A stretch of 63,420 bases of DNA, counting the filler, from Dugesia japonica (Eukaryota), in NCBI GenBank assembly GCA_001938525.1. It is 6 parts of 6 records of this genome, joined end to end, with 100 filler letters (N's around TTAATTAATTAA, not from the genome) between each part and the next. Parts side by side here need not be neighbours in the genome. Positions count along the whole stretch, not along the records: positions 25,339 to 36,190 come from MQRL01532950.1; positions 36,291 to 46,307 come from MQRL01403954.1; 4 more parts are not named here. One strand, given 5' to 3'. Shown here in pieces: positions 25,680 through 40,269 of the stretch. Position 1 is the first letter of the stretch; every line of letters begins with the position of its first letter. The position numbers were made by a program, and so were the translations under genes. Below the pieces are notes generated by a model that was given only the letters and a program-made list of their open reading frames with translations, had not been told where the DNA came from and ran no database searches.

Positions 25680-26524
25680 ACGCCACATACATTGAAGAGG
25701 GAAATAATTGGACGAAAAAAATACATTCTTGAAATAATCGACCAGTACAGTAAATATCTGGGTTTTATAGCATTTGCCTAAACAAGACGAGGAAACAATA
25801 CGAAAATCTATTTTTGAAAAGTGGATATTGAGATTTGGATGTTCAAGATAGATAAGACTAGATTGTGGAAAAGCTTTTGAATCCAGAATTATGAGAGAGT
25901 TTGCACTGAAGCTAGATATTAAACTTTGCTTTTCGAGTCCTTATCATAATAATGCAAACGAAAAATTGAAAGACAGTTAGGAGAATTAGAGATTTGATTA
26001 ATGCAACACTTCAGGAAAGAAAGACAACAGATTTGGGAGATATTTTATGGGAAATATAATTTACAATGAACGTGACAAAGCATAAGACGACTGGCTCATA
26101 TTTGGAAAGAAAATTAACAGAAAAGTGTTGAGTTTGACGTTTCAAGTAGAACTAAAGAAAACTCTAACAGAGAATTCAAAGTGGGCGATTTTGTACTCAT
26201 CGCGGTGGAAACACGAAATAAAAGTCAAAACAGAAGGACCTTATCGAATAATTGACAACATTCATGAAAGACAGTATGCGGTACAAGGAGAAAATGGATA
26301 GCAATTAGAAAGAAATGTGGAAAACCTAGAAAGTTTCTTAAGAAGCGGGATATAAGGAAGTAATTATTAATTTCAACGAATAGAAAGTGATTAAATTTAA
26401 TATTAATATTTAATTAATTNTAATCACTTATAATTATCTAATCTTATATTGTTGTAGTAGTGAAATAAATAAATTATTAGTTGTGATTTGGAAAATAAAT
26501 TATCAATTGAAGATTTACCTAACA
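25680..26524 (+). mobile_element. Gypsy integrase relic, purine-rich PPT-like tract and short 3' LTR (~26351-26524)
   Basis: KYILEIIDQYSKY...WILRFGC..IRLDCGKAFES...FSSPYHNNAN; AGAAGCGGGA precedes a ~170-bp repeat ending AACA that recurs (rc) at ~16210-16315 and ~57845-58030. Confidence 0.8.
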
Positions 26525-27129
26525 GTAATATTGTTGAGCATCAAACAAAATGTATAAGTTCAATAGGTTTGTCTGATTTTTAAATAATTATTGGGAAAGA
26601 GTGATGTGTGAAGCTTTGTTGATAAGATCATTAAGTCATAAAATTGATGTTCAGTTGACGGATTCAACATCACTTTTAAAATTATTTTATTGATAATTTA
26701 TTGTGATTGTACAATAGAAAGTATATAACCATTTAAACGTTTTAAATAGTTTGTTTTAACAATCATCAATTGCAGCAAATAAATATTTTGTTAAATAGCG
26801 CTCTTTTATTTTTATGAAAAAGTTGCCATTGTTTTTGGAGTTTTTATGAGAAATTAATAATTTTTTTATGAAATTTAATTATATAATGAAGAAAAATTTA
26901 AAAATTTTATTTTCACTATATAAAAATTTAAAATTCGTACAAAATTGAATTGATTTTAATTAAACTTAAAATATTTGTTAAAATTATATTAGCTTGATTA
27001 AAAAGTTCGTTCGGTTTACTGGAAGATAATTAAAATAAATCTAGTAAAACACAAATAAATATATTCCATAATATATACATTATTATGNNNNNNNNNNNNN
27101 NNNNNTCGATTAGGTAGTTTCATAATTTT

Positions 27130-28100
27130 ATCAGTGAAGAATTCTCCGGGCTGTCGACTGAAATAGTTATCCAGATGGTTTTGATATATTCCAAATATTT
27201 AAATTCTTTGTTATCAAAACTATTCTGCAAGGTATGAAAAAAATGGTAATCTGAAAGAGCAATATCAAGATAATATGTAGGGTGACTGAAAGCATCTCAT
27301 TTAAATTTTAAAATTTTTTGCCTTACATTCAATTGTACGTAAGTGCTGGTGTTATCATGATGAAATACNNNNNNNNNNNNNNNNNNNNNNNNNNNNNNNN
27401 NNNNNNNNNNNNNNNNNNGCACTTTTTGATTAGCTATTTCTGGACGTTCTTTAGTCACATTTGCCTTCAAATCTTCTAATTAATGGCAATACTCATGAGT
27501 GTTAATGGTTTTATTGCTAGCAGAAGCTCCTAATGGATTATACTTCCCAGATTATATCCCTCCAAACTGAAAGCGAAACTTTTTTGGGATGCAATCCTGT
27601 CTTAGATTGGCGAATAGAAAAAGAATTAAGTTATACGCGTGATCTGTTTCGTTTAATATTTTTATAAGTAATCTTTTTTTCTTCATCTGTTATTAGGCTT
27701 TTTAAAAATGAATCCTCCTCGTTTCGTTTCAAGTGCGAATTATAAGCAGAAATGCACTTATTAATGTTTGCTTCTGTCAATTTATAAAGTACCAAACTAT
27801 ATCATAACGAGAGATATAAAATACGTACGATATACGAATTTCCTGACTTATTTTTAACATATCTAATATCTCTCGCGTTGTTCTGAATTTTCTTTTGTGA
27901 AATAAGCTCTTTATAAGTTCATCGTTTATCGTCTACGGCTATACTGTGCGATCTGAGACTTTAAAGGAAAAATCGCTTGCTTTAAATTTAATAACCACTT
28001 TTGACAAATACGATCAGTCCCAGCTTCTTTTATGAAAGTAATAAAAGTATAATATGGTTAATATGTTTCTTGCTATCGAATATTTTGAATTTTCCTTACT
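27130..28100 (-). mobile_element. Mariner (DD34D) transposase relic
   Basis: KFKASDFSFKVSDR; WVLYKLTE; SFLKSLITDEEK; GLHPKKVSLSVWRD; VFHHDNT; HPTYYLDIALSDYHFFHTLQN. Confidence 0.85.
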
Positions 28101-28975
28101 AAATATTAAAATTANNNNNNNNNNNNNNNNNNNNNNNNNNNNNNNNNNNTTGTTAAAACAAAAATACGATATAAAGAAAGAAAATAATTGTTTGTTAATA
28201 ATTACTTCAAAATAATAAGTTTTCAATTTTAAACTAAAAACTGAATAAAGTTTCTGATCAAATTAATATTATATAGTTACAGGTTAACATTTTTCATAAT
28301 TACTTAATCTATTTGTTTATTTATCAAAATCTAAATTGGTAATGTTGTTTTTATAATTAAAAACAAACATTCATGAGCAAATAAAAACAATTTTTGTCAG
28401 TTTGGCAAAGAAATCAATGAAAAGAATGAATGGATAATAGTTAATTAATTCTGTGGAAAAGTGAACAAATTAATTAATTAATAAGACATAGTTTCTGCAA
28501 TTTAATAAAATTTTTGTTGAAGGGTTTCAAGTTAAATATAATAATTGAAAATGAAAACAAATTATAATTAATTAATCAATAGCAATGCGATATTATAAAC
28601 TTCCTAAACGCATTGACGTGAATTCTGTGATTTACGCGAGCAAGTTTAATTTTGTCTAAACATAAACAATTTGATTTTAAAACCTACATTTTTTTGATTT
28701 AATATTTTTTTATTTTATATTGTTTTGGAACATTTTCTTGTAAACTACAAATAGTTATGTAAATATATTATTTTAGACTTTGTAAACCTTTTTCGCTCGG
28801 ATTATTGCCCTGGAATTTGCAATTTTCTTTAAATTAGAGACTGCATACATTTAATAGGAAAAAAATTTAGTTATATTGCCTTTAATAAAACAAACACAAT
28901 TTATCAAAAATTGCAATGATTATATTTGATTATAAATTTATTAATACTTTCTATATTGAAACTAAAATTTTTTAG

Positions 28976-29057
28976 GTATTCTTAGTTCGGAAAATTAGCG
29001 AGCCATACCAAGGACAACTTTATGCCATGAAAGTACTTAAAAAGGCATCTTTAAAAG
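28976..29057 (+). CDS. Single internal exon of a p90 ribosomal S6 kinase (RSK/RPS6KA family) N-terminal kinase domain
   Basis: tttag|VFLVRKISEPYQGQLYAMKVLKKASLK|gtag; 82-nt exon containing the AMK lysine motif; close to RSK VFLVxK....QLYAMKVLKKATLK. Confidence 0.85.
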
Positions 29058-29059
29058 GT

Positions 29060-29093
29060 AGTAGTAGTAATACTAATAATAATAGTAAAAATA

Positions 29094-29147
<54 letters not shown>
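29060..29147. repeat. (AAT)n microsatellite
   Basis: Direct reading. Confidence 0.9.
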
Positions 29148-31409
29148 NNNNNNNNNNNNNNNNNNNNNNNNNNNNNNNNNNNNNNNNNNNNNNNNNNTAA
29201 TAATAATTAGAATAAGAGTAATAATATTAGAATCAATTTTTAATTAAAAAATATTGTTTTACACTTAATTATTTGAGTAGTAATACTAATTCTTAATATC
29301 ACTTCATGTACCATCAATGAAAATATTATATAAGGACAGAATTTTTAATAGAAACTTATATTGACAGCAATTAAAAAATATTTTGAAATTTTTAAGTATG
29401 TGATTCATTTAAAAATTTTGATAGTCAGTTTACATAACAGTAATGCTTGTATTGCTTGATAGACTGGTTGATTTAACATATTAAGTTAAAATTCTGGTTT
29501 AACTAAATACTGGCCTATCTCGTTTCGGGAAAAAGAGCAATTATAAAAAGAAGCACTGTTTTTTCAGGAGGATCTTTCGATTCTGATTCAGAGTGTGTAA
29601 TTTTTATTGGTATTTCTCCTAAGCTATCAATAAAGTTTTCAAGGGCTTTAACGAAGCAATGGTGAAAGAGTTAGCGTTAAACGAAAGATACCTGTACTTA
29701 AAATACTAATAATTTAAACAATAGAATATTTAAACAATAATTTCGTATTTGTTACAATAAATTTCTAAAGTAAAAAATGTAGCGAAATAGCACTAATAAA
29801 AGTTCTATTTTGCTTATTAAAATTTGATAGAAATGTAATAAATAAAAATCAGTTACATTATTTTGATGTATTGTTTTAGTTAGCTGGAATATACAAATAC
29901 AAATAATAATAATTTTAAATTCATTTAAATGTAATACAGTTATTAGTTATGGACAGATTATTTAATCAACTCGTTTCAGGCAAAAGAGAAACACTAACTA
30001 TGCAATGGTTAATTGTATTATAATAATTATATAATATAATCCATAGTTAACCATTGAACTGCAATTTTCAAAACAAAATAATAATCAATATATCAATAAA
30101 TTTATAGTATTATTTTATATCATTATTTAATTTAATTTTCATTGTCATTGTACTAAAGTAATAATAACAAAATTTATCTTTGAATGTTATTCATTATAAG
30201 AAGATAAGGTTCAAGTATTGAATAGTTATGTATTATATTTTGGATGAATAATAAACGACTAATAATGGAATTTTATCAATTGTTACTATTAACTCGGAGA
30301 TAATCGAGGATACATTTATTGTAAATTATAATTCTCTAAACAATAATAATTATATTATTTTCATTTTTGAATATCAAATGATAGATTACAATATTCAAAC
30401 ACAACTCATTAATTATCAATTAATTGTTNNNNNNNNNNNNNNNNNNNNNNNNNNNNNNNNNNNNNNNNNNNNNNNNNNNNNNNNNNNTATTAATTATTTG
30501 TGTCATTGAGGACTTCGTTATCAAAATTACATAAGAAATTGAAATATAAATATTATTAATATGTTTATGGATTTTCATATTTGATATTGAAAATTGAATT
30601 TCAAAATTTATTGAGATTTGTTTAAATAATTAACATTTAGTTTTGAAAATTTTGTTTTAAAAAATTATTGGTGTTTTATTATATTAGATAAAAAAAATTT
30701 TAATTGCGTGAGGATTAAATAAATGATAAAAAAAATTAGATAATAATTTTTTAAATAATTAAAATTAGAAAAGAGATTATAAAATATTGTAAATAATTTT
30801 TGTGTAAAATAAAAATATCTTAAAATTGTTTTAAATAAGATGATTATTTAAAATAAAATATTTTATCAAAATATTCAAGTTAAAACAGTATTTTGGAATT
30901 GATTAAATAAAATTTAATATTTTAAATATTTTGGTTATTTTTATTTTTTTATTATTATTTTTCCTAAAATTGATGTTGGTTTGCAAAAATGATCTATTTT
31001 ATCTAGTTATTTATTTTGGTTAATTATAGTAATAATAACAATAATAATAATAATTATGATTTAATTAAAATTATTAGTCTAACAAAGGTTATTTATTGAA
31101 GATTTTAGTAAAAAGTTGAATTTATGGAAAATACTAGTAAAAGAAAATTAATAAAAAATTAATTTTCTTATTTAATTTTATTTAACAATCATATAAAATT
31201 TTGATCAAATTTTATCTGATTGTCCATAAATAAACGGATTTTGAAATTTCTGAAAAATATAATTTTCAAATGATCTAATATTCTTTACTGTTCTTAATTT
31301 AATGGATATCAGAATAGTTTAAGAAATAGTGAGGAAATGATAACTTTATTAAAAAAGTATTAAATAATTTCCAAATTTTTTAACTTTTTATATATTGCTT
31401 CACAAATAT

Positions 31410-31441
31410 TAATTATAAATATTATTATTTATTATTATTAA

Positions 31442-31493
<52 letters not shown>

Positions 31494-31543
31494 NNNNNNN
31501 NNNNNNNNNNNNNNNNNNNNNNNNNNNNNNNNNNNNNNNNNNN

Positions 31544-31599
<56 letters not shown>

Positions 31600-31622
31600 G
31601 TATTGTTATTATTATTAGTAGT
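31410..31622. repeat. (ATT)n microsatellite (source of the poly-I/poly-N pseudo-ORFs)
   Basis: Direct reading. Confidence 0.95.
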
Positions 31623-32299
31623 NNNNNNNNNNNNNNNNNNNNNNNNNNNNNNNNNNNNNNNNNNNNNNNNNNNNNNNNNNNNNNNNNNNNNNNNNNNNNN
31701 NNNNNNNNNNNNNNNNNNNNNNNNNNNNNNNNNNNNNNNNNNNNNNNNNNNATAATTATTTGCCATTCGGAAAGTAAAAAGCATTTATAATGCTTGTATA
31801 TATTTACTGCTTTCAAGACACGAACTCTTTAAGCAACATTGAATAAAGAAAATTAGTTTTAAATTAAAAATTTCGAGATATTGATTATTTCTTTGAGAAA
31901 TAAATTATCGCTTCTTTGAAAATGACAGTCAAATCGGTTATCAGTTGGCAACACGTTTCAAACCCGACGATAAAATAATTTCCATTTAATATTGTTGTTA
32001 TTATGATCTGTTTTCATTTCGGTTACTAAATTCTAGATTGCTCTTGATTTTATGATTTAGTAATAAATGATTTTTTATTGGCCATATTTTTTTCAATCGA
32101 TCTCTTGTATATTTAATTAAACTTAAATAGAATGTTAATTAATTCTATTAGACATGAAAATTATTGATGAAATTTTGAGCTAATGTTGAAGATTTGTGTT
32201 AACCATTCTTAAAGAAATTAATAATGTATTTCAGTTTGACTTTCAGATTTTTAAAATTAATCAATTAAATGAAAAAGGCTTCTTATAATTATCATATCN

Positions 32300-32910
32300 G
32301 AGAACTGATCATGCTAGAACGTCTTGTGACGTATTGTGAGATTCATGCATCTTTAGCCATCAGTATGACAAACATACATTCGATTTTACATAAACACTTG
32401 GTCTTTAAAAAGTTGTATGCCCGTTAAATCCAGCATAATTTAACAATTTATAATAAATGCTCGTATGGATTTTCGACAAGCATGTTTCAGAAATAGAAAA
32501 GTTGTGCTTCATAAGCTATTTACAGGTAACAAATCTTGAATATATGAGTACGAAAATAATCAGCAGTCGGCAGTATGGGTTTTTCAAAATGAACGAAAAC
32601 CAACAAAATTCATTCGCACACAAAGCACTTTACAGAAAACGGTGGCCTGTATTTTAGTTAATCTTAAGACACAGCAACGGTGAATTTAGAAACTGGTAGA
32701 ATGGTAACCATTTGTTTGCTAGAGATCATTGGAAAATAACGTCCAATGTCAGATCATTTTTNNNNNNNNNNNNNNNNNNNNNNNNNNNNNNNNNNNNNNN
32801 NNNNNNNNNNNNNNNNNNNNNNNNNNNNNNNNNNNNNNNNNNNNNNNNNNNNNNNNNNNNNNNNNNNNATGTGTAAAGAAAAAATGGCGCGAACAACGAT
32901 TTTTTACACC
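32300..32910 (+). mobile_element. Mariner transposase relic (second family)
   Basis: RLVTYCEIHASLAISMTNIHSILHKHL..KLYAR*IQHNLT; TG.KS*IYEY..QQSAVWVFQNE. Confidence 0.75.
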
Positions 32911-35787
32911 AGAAAATTAAACCCCACTTTTAATTTATTTTTAAAAATTTCATAAATTTCACTCAAATTTACATTTTTAAAAGGTTTTCAAAAAATATAC
33001 CAAAATTAACACCATTTTTTAATTTATTTTTAAAAGAAATTACCATTTAATTGTGTTAAAAACCAAGTGGGGTTATGCGCCACTATCTACCTTCTACCCT
33101 TTATGAGTTCAAATTTCATATTTCCGAAATACGTAATTCGCTACTGTAAACGTATTTTGAAAATTGGTTTTCTTGTAAAGAAGAATGTATCAATTGTAAA
33201 GGAGATTAATTCTCGCAAATCAATTTTTATCATATAAAAGATATCTAAAATATTTACGGTTTTATGATTTCGTAGGGTTTGTGCTTTTTATGTGGTGGAT
33301 AATTTCAATTCTTGTTCTCAATGTTGATTCTGTTTTTAATTATTTGAGCGAAAGCAGCATTGTTTTCCTCAGAAAATGATCTTTTTACTTCATTTATTTT
33401 ACTTATTCAATTACAACAATATAAAACATATATATTAACATCCATGGTTGATTAAAAAAACGAAAAATTCATTCAAAAATGATAATTCAAAAAATGATAT
33501 TTGCCACTTTTTTAGTTTTTCTGCCAACTCTGCGCTGGGCTCAAATAAAAGAAATGAAGCGTCGCAAATATTCGACGCTGATAGTAAACTTGTTTTTTAG
33601 AAATTGTGTACAATCAAATTAGTTAGCTTTGTAATATTAATTCTAGTAATTTTAAGTTACTTAAAATGGAAACATGAAATTACTAAAAATCCAAACATAA
33701 TAAATTATGTTTTTGTTTCACTTTTTATATTACTTTTTTACTTATGTTATTATACTAATTTTGGTAATTTGGTTTTAAGAATTTATGTTCATCATACATA
33801 AGTATTTTTACTGCTAAAGTTTTTGAGGTAAGGCGGTATTAATAGTGCCCCAACTTTTTTAATGCATAAATATTCGTAAATATGAAAAAACTAAAAATTA
33901 AATTATTTTTTTTTTTTATTTTAAGTTATTTCTTTATTAATAATTTATTAATTATTATTTTCTAAAATTCCGTGCATCAAAAGGTTAACTTCTTATTTCA
34001 TCCAATTAAAACTGCGATTCCTAATAGCACGTATACAAGTGACATGTCTGGCCACAACATATTTTATAGCATTCGTTTCTCACAGCCTCGTCCGACTTGA
34101 ATAGTTTTCAATGTGGAGCAAAGAATTCAAATGTGAGAAGGCTGGTCAGTTTAATATACACGGTTTCTTAAAAAATGGATGCATGCTTTAAATAATTATA
34201 AAGTTGATATTTATTTAAATACATTTCATTTTCTAAATGGAATATATTCTATCAATATTATTTTATTGCTTTGTTGACACAACACGAAGCAACAGAATCG
34301 GAAATGTCGCAAAACATTTTGTTTCGTATTTATGTGTATTCTGCTACAATGGCTGTTCTTTATTCACTTATTGTTACAAGTTTCATAGAGTATAAATTGT
34401 CTTTGAAATAAACCATTAAAAAGTAAAGTAATGTGAGGTCTGTTCAACGCGCAAGTTATTCTTCAAAACCTATTTGTCCACTCTATTTATTTGGCATGTA
34501 TTAATGCTCTGTCTTGCTGAAAGGTTTCTTTAATGCTCAATATGACATACTTTTGCTGCAGGTTCAAGTTAATAGGATCAATCACAGTAGAATAAAAAAG
34601 AATTATCTAATTAATTAAATATAGAATAAAAAANNNNNNNNNNNNNNAAACTAAATAAAACAGATTAAAAATAATATTTTTAAAATTTGCAAAATCGATT
34701 TATTTTTCAAAGAATTTCATTTGAAATAACAAATTTTGATCAGATGCATTCTTTGGTACCCAAAAATTTTTCAAGTAAATAAATCACACAATAATAACAT
34801 TGTTGTGGATTGTTTTTCGAATCATGTGATTTCACTTTACTTTTATCTTTAACCTCGCTCTTATTAAAATCGATGTTATTTTATCCGGATTCTCACGCTA
34901 CGTCATGGATATTTTATTAGTAACTCTAAGCCTTATTTCATTGTACTAAAATTCTTTATGTAAATAAATTCTAAAAAAGTTTCAGTACTATAATAATTTC
35001 AAAAGCATTCTTTTATTAGAAAAGTAATGTTATTTGAAAAATTGGATCAGATTATTCTTCTGACCCACAAATAATTTTTTAAAAAATAAATATAAGTAAA
35101 ATATTTGATTAATATTTAATAATTTGTGTAGATTTTCAAGACGATTTATCTTATTAAATTTTCATAAAAAAATTTCAAAAAAAATTTTCTTTCAAATTAA
35201 TTTCAATTCTTTTTCTGTGTTTTATTTTTAGGTTTAATTCATTGTTTAAACTTTCTACAAAACTTCCTTTGACTTTATTAGNGAAATTATTTTTATGGCA
35301 AACAGTATTATGAACAAAACCTTTTTTATTTAAGGAACCATAACTTCTATGTTAATCTGTTTAAATAGAAATACTGTTCATTACTTTAGAAAGTATAGTT
35401 TTCTTCCCTTTTTTCAAAATTGTTGTGGCAAATGTCCTGGTTATGGATTGAAACGGTTCAACAATACATAAAGCGTATGTTCTGTTAGAAGGAGAACAAC
35501 CCCAGTGTAACCAGCACTTATAATTTAATATGGTTTCTGAACGAAAACTCAAGGGTCTCCAAACAAAGTTAAAGTTATTCATAGTTTTTTCATGNNNNNN
35601 NTGACACAATTTTCTTTTTAATAATCGAAAATCTTGGTTGATCTCATACAAAAGATATTAAACTTTAAAGTTTCTTACAATATCACATTCGAAATGTTCA
35701 AAGAAGCTTTTTTTCTTATATTAATTCTTTCTTTATATGAGTTACAATTCAAACTTTATCAACTCCAGCGTATTTCATCTTTAAAAC

Positions 35788-35950
35788 TGATATTTTTTCT
35801 TCGTAATAAAACTAATTACATTTTTATTTCTTTTTTCAAATAGTTTTCTTGTCTCAAAAATGCTATATTTTTTCTTCGTAATAAAACTAATTACACTTTT
35901 CATTTTTTTATTTCTTTTTTCAAATAGTTTACTTGTCTCAGAAATGCTAA
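35788..35950. repeat. Local tandem duplication, two ~76-85 bp units
   Basis: TATTTTTTCTTCGTAATAAAACTAATTACA...TTCAAATAGTTT.CTTGTCTCA.AAATGCTA twice. Confidence 0.85.
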
Positions 35951-36190
35951 CAATTCTGTTTTTTGTCATTTTAATAATGAAATCGTCAAATGAATCAAGA
36001 TGCATGAAGGTTTTTTAAGAAAATTTATGAATGTTTAGTTATTATTTTTTAATGCTTTGATTCCGGGGATGGTACAAGTTATTTGTATTAAATTTTTATT
36101 AAATTCCCTTAATTTATAAATCGTTTTCCTGAAATTTAGTTGACCTAAAATTGATTTGATATTTTGTGAAATGGCTTCTTTCAATCAATG

Positions 36191-36290
36191 NNNNNNNNNN
36201 NNNNNNNNNNNNNNNNNNNNNNNNNNNNNNNNNNTTAATTAATTAANNNNNNNNNNNNNNNNNNNNNNNNNNNNNNNNNNNNNNNNNNNN
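36191..36290. other. Artificial contig-join linker
   Basis: N44-TTAATTAATTAA-N44. Confidence 0.97.
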
Positions 36291-36829
36291 TCTCGAGATG
36301 ATATTTTAACTTTGTACAGTCACTTTTTCCTTCTGAGTAAAGTAATAACAAATTTGAAACAATATGAGTTATCTACGCAAAGAAAATTGAGCAGTAAAAT
36401 TCAAAGTTTGAGAGTTTTCAACTCAAAACCCTATTTATTTCCTTCCGAATAAATTTATGCGATTTTAGGTTTATATATTTAGAATCAGCAAAGAATTTTC
36501 TATCTTATAGACATAGTTATTTTATCTAAAGATGAGAAATAATTTTTCGAAAAATTTTTATTTGTGAAAAATAATCTCTATCAAATTCTCCATCGATTGA
36601 TGTAAAAATCTCGACAAAATATTTTTTCAAAAATTTTTCGCAATTTCAGATGTTTTCCCGGATTCTCAATAAAATTTGATTTAAATATTTTAAAAATCGT
36701 AAAATTTAAACAAAATGACCTAATTTCATCAATTTTTATCACAAAAGTTTAAAGTTATTTTAAAACACTTGAAAATTTAAACAAATTCTACTTTCCCCAC
36801 GAATTTCTGTAAAAATTAATCCCAAACTG

Positions 36830-37588
36830 ATCAATCCCGAGTAAATAATTGGCCGAATCACCCAGAAAATTACCCAAAGTCATCTGAATCAACCAAAAAT
36901 TTACCAATCCCGAGGAAAAATTTGACCAAATTCACCTAAACTACCCAAAAATGGATCGAATCGCCAAAAAGTACCCAAACTGACCTAAACCGAGGAAAAA
37001 TTGGACCAAAACCCCTAAAAATTACCAAAACCAACCAATCCCGATGAAATAATTGACCAAATTAACCTGAACCATCCAAAAATCGACCTTATTCGACCTT
37101 ACCAAGGAAAGTTTAGACCAATTTCACCTAAATCACCCAAAAATCATCAATACCGAGGAAATAATTGACCAAATTCCCCTGACCCAGCCAAAAATTGTTC
37201 AAATTCGACCTCACCGAATAAATTTTGAACAAAAACCTCTTAAAACCAATAAAAATAGAACTTATTTGACCTCACCGAATAAATTCCCAACTAAATACAT
37301 TAGAAACATTTAAAAACAGTTGATCCTCTTACATAAAATGTCACCGATGAAATTAATCTCATGACATAATTTGTTTGCAAAATTTGTTCGTCACCTATTT
37401 ACATTATAAAAATTTAAAAACAGTTGTATTAATCTCGCGAAAAGATTAGTTACATTATGTAACGTACACAAATGTGTGCCACCGCCTATTTACATTAGAA
37501 AAATTTAAAAACAGTTATGTAATAATCCGATTACGTCGGGGGCGAGGTACTCATGTGTGCTGTTCTTCACCACTACTATCTATCTACT
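36830..37588. mobile_element. Polinton-like right terminus with a subterminal degenerate tandem array
   Basis: Ends CACTACTATCTATCTACT, the inverse of the AGTAG.TAGATAGT terminus; repeated CCGAGGAAAAATTGACCAAATTCACCTAAA units at 36830-37300. Confidence 0.55.
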
Positions 37589-38167
37589 GATTTGATATAA
37601 AGAAAATGATACATTTAAACAAATGGAGAATTCCTCAAACAAAGTCAGAAATTTAATTATTTCTGGATTTATTTCTGTTGATATCGAATAAATCAGATTT
37701 TGGAATTTCTTTTCATCAAATTTTCTGTAAATCGAATTATCGAATTTTGTAAAATGAATCTTTAAATCATCATAGATATTTTCAAAATTTAAATAATCTC
37801 TAATTAACATTTCCAGATAATTCTTTGTTTTTTCTGATTTGTTATCAATATAAGTAATTAATAAACATTCTTCGATTGATAAGGCAATTCAATGATTCTT
37901 TGGTTTTATGATACAGAGAAACTTTATTAGTTTATTTGCGATCTAATGGACAACTGCGATGATTGACGAACCAACTTAGAAAACATGAACTACAAAAATT
38001 ATTATTACAAGATAGAATATTAACTAGCAACTCCTTCGAATATGAATGGTAGCATATTAAACATTTACATGAATTTAAATCAATTATTTAAAAAAATAAA
38101 ATTATTTGTTATAAAATAATATTTTACAAAGAATAATAAAAATAAATATTTTATAATTATTCTAACT

Positions 38168-38315
38168 ATTGATCTGTAAGAATAACTGAATATTTTGAAA
38201 AACCATGTTTTTATATAAAATTTAATTTTAAATGCAAAGATCAAAATGACGTTCTTCTAATTTCATAAATAAAATATTTTTATTTCAAAATATTCAGTTA
38301 TTCTATAGATCAATA
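38168..38315. repeat. Small inverted repeat (MITE-like)
   Basis: TATTGATCTGTAAGAATAACTGAATATTTTGAAA vs TTTCAAAATATTCAGTTATTCTATAGATCAATA. Confidence 0.65.
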
Positions 38316-39515
38316 AATCGTTTAATTTTTAAAAGAAAATTATTTTATGGTGTGCACCGATTAGAATATATTCAATTTAATGTTATAAATAGTGACCAAT
38401 GAAAATTAATCTTAATAAGATTAATGTAAATTGTGTTTCTATTTAAACGTTTATGAACAGAATGAGTTAAACAATAACTTCTGAAGATGGTATTGCCGAA
38501 ATATTGAACAATCAATGCAACTAGAAGAATATAATTTTGATTTTTAAAATTAAAATTTAAATAAAAATTAGTCAATCCAAATATTTTATAATTTTAAAAA
38601 AACTTATAATAATCCATAATTAGATAATTTATGTAAATATTAAACACGATTTATTAAAATTAAATTTTTTAAATTTAAAAATTAATTTTTTAACCATAAA
38701 TCAGTTTGATAAATAAAATCTTTTAATAAAATAAAATATTTTTTACAGTTGCAATTATTGCAAGAATAATTGTTGGACATAATCATTGTTCGTTTTATAG
38801 AATTCAGTTACATTGAAAGCTTCGATCAAAATTTGTTTTTTAGAAAAATACTGTCAGTTCTTGACGAAGACAAAGTAGAAAATTAGAATTATTATCCACA
38901 ACAAAAAAATTTTTGATTTTAATTAATTTGAATGATTTTGAAATATAAACAATTTTTTTATAATATATTTTATAACAAAATATAATATTGTTTTCGCGAA
39001 TATTTTCAAGCCAAAATTTATAAACTCATTTACTAAAAATTTACATTTATTAATAAATATTTAATGTTTTACTAACAATTAAAAATGAAATATTCTTCAT
39101 CAAAATATTCTACTGATTAATTAGTAAGTAATTTAACAATTTCAATATTTTATGCAAATTTCTAAATTAATTAAAAATTTATTTGAAAAATGTGTGTGGG
39201 ATATTTTTAATAATTATTAATATTTTAGTAAAATCTATTATTAAAAACTTGTTTTGGGGAAATTGATTTTAATTTTCATATTTAATATTAATTTTAAAAT
39301 ATTCTTTTGAATCGAATTTAATGTTAATAAACACGTGGAAATGTAAATAAATAATTTTATTTTTTGCTTATTTAAAATATTATTTAAATTGGTTCATTTG
39401 AAAATTAATAGAACTTTAATTAAAGTATATTTAATGTATATTTTTTAAAATATATTGAAAATTATATTTACATATATAAATTAAAATTTTTTAAGTAATA
39501 ATAAAATAATAAAAA

Positions 39516-40214
39516 ATGGAAACGGAAATGGAAAAGCTACTTAATTTAATGAGTTCTAAATTTTCAACAACTATATCAGCATAATCAAAAACATCTGAAT
39601 TTAAAATTGATTTTCTTACACCTATAGAATTAAATAACGATTTTAATTATGAATTTGGATTATTCTGGTTTAGTTGTTATAATACTATTTTCAATATTAA
39701 TAATATTAGTAATAAATTTCAATTAAATGATAAAGTAATCACAATTACCCCTGGAGCCTATGAAATTAAAGAATTAAATGAAAAGCTTAAAATATTTAAA
39801 ATGGAAATTAAAGTTGATTTATCTACATCTAAATGTGAATTAACTATTCCAAAAGATCAACTATTATTGAAAACACATCTTTCTTTCATATAATTCTCGG
39901 ATTTAATCCATGTATTTATAATAATGCAGGAAAATATAATAATATTCAAATAATAAATATTACAACAATAAATATTTCTTGTGATTTAATTAAAAGTAAT
40001 TATGTTAACGGTAAAGAAGAAAATGTTTTATATTCTTTTCCTATTTATACACTGTTCCCTTTGGTTTTAAACTTGTTGAAAGAATGTCTAATCCTATCTA
40101 TATTCTAAAACGTTAATTGAATCAATAATGATTTCTGTTGCCGATGAATATAATAATTTAATAGATTTTAACGGCGAAACTATTAGTATATTTTTACATT
40201 TAAAACAGGTTTAA
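39516..40214 (+). pseudogene. Minor capsid (penton) protein of a Polinton/adintovirus-like element
   Basis: METEMEKLLNLMSSK...FKIDFLTPIELNNDFNYEFGL..YNTIFNIN..ITITPGAYEIKELN...ILGF...INISCDLIKSNYVNG..VLYSFP...DEYNNLIDFNGETISIFLHLKQV*; has a stop and frameshifts. Confidence 0.8.
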
Positions 40215-40269
40215 TAAAATAAAATTAATTACACAATACTTGATTTCTTTAAAACATGCAGAATTAATA

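Noticed and set aside
31409-31816. Poly-Ile/poly-Asn ORFs
   Set aside because: Translations of an (ATT)n microsatellite and N gaps
35361-35651. 96-aa ORF as a gene
   Set aside because: No recognisable motif, contains Ns, and has no clear splice context
36830-37300. Repeat array resembling a CRISPR or iteron array
   Set aside because: Degenerate, variable-length units with related intervening sequence; better explained as transposon subterminal repeats
37580-37980. Possible host exon(s) on the minus strand
   Set aside because: Protein-like composition, but no recognisable domain or further exons; cannot be supported
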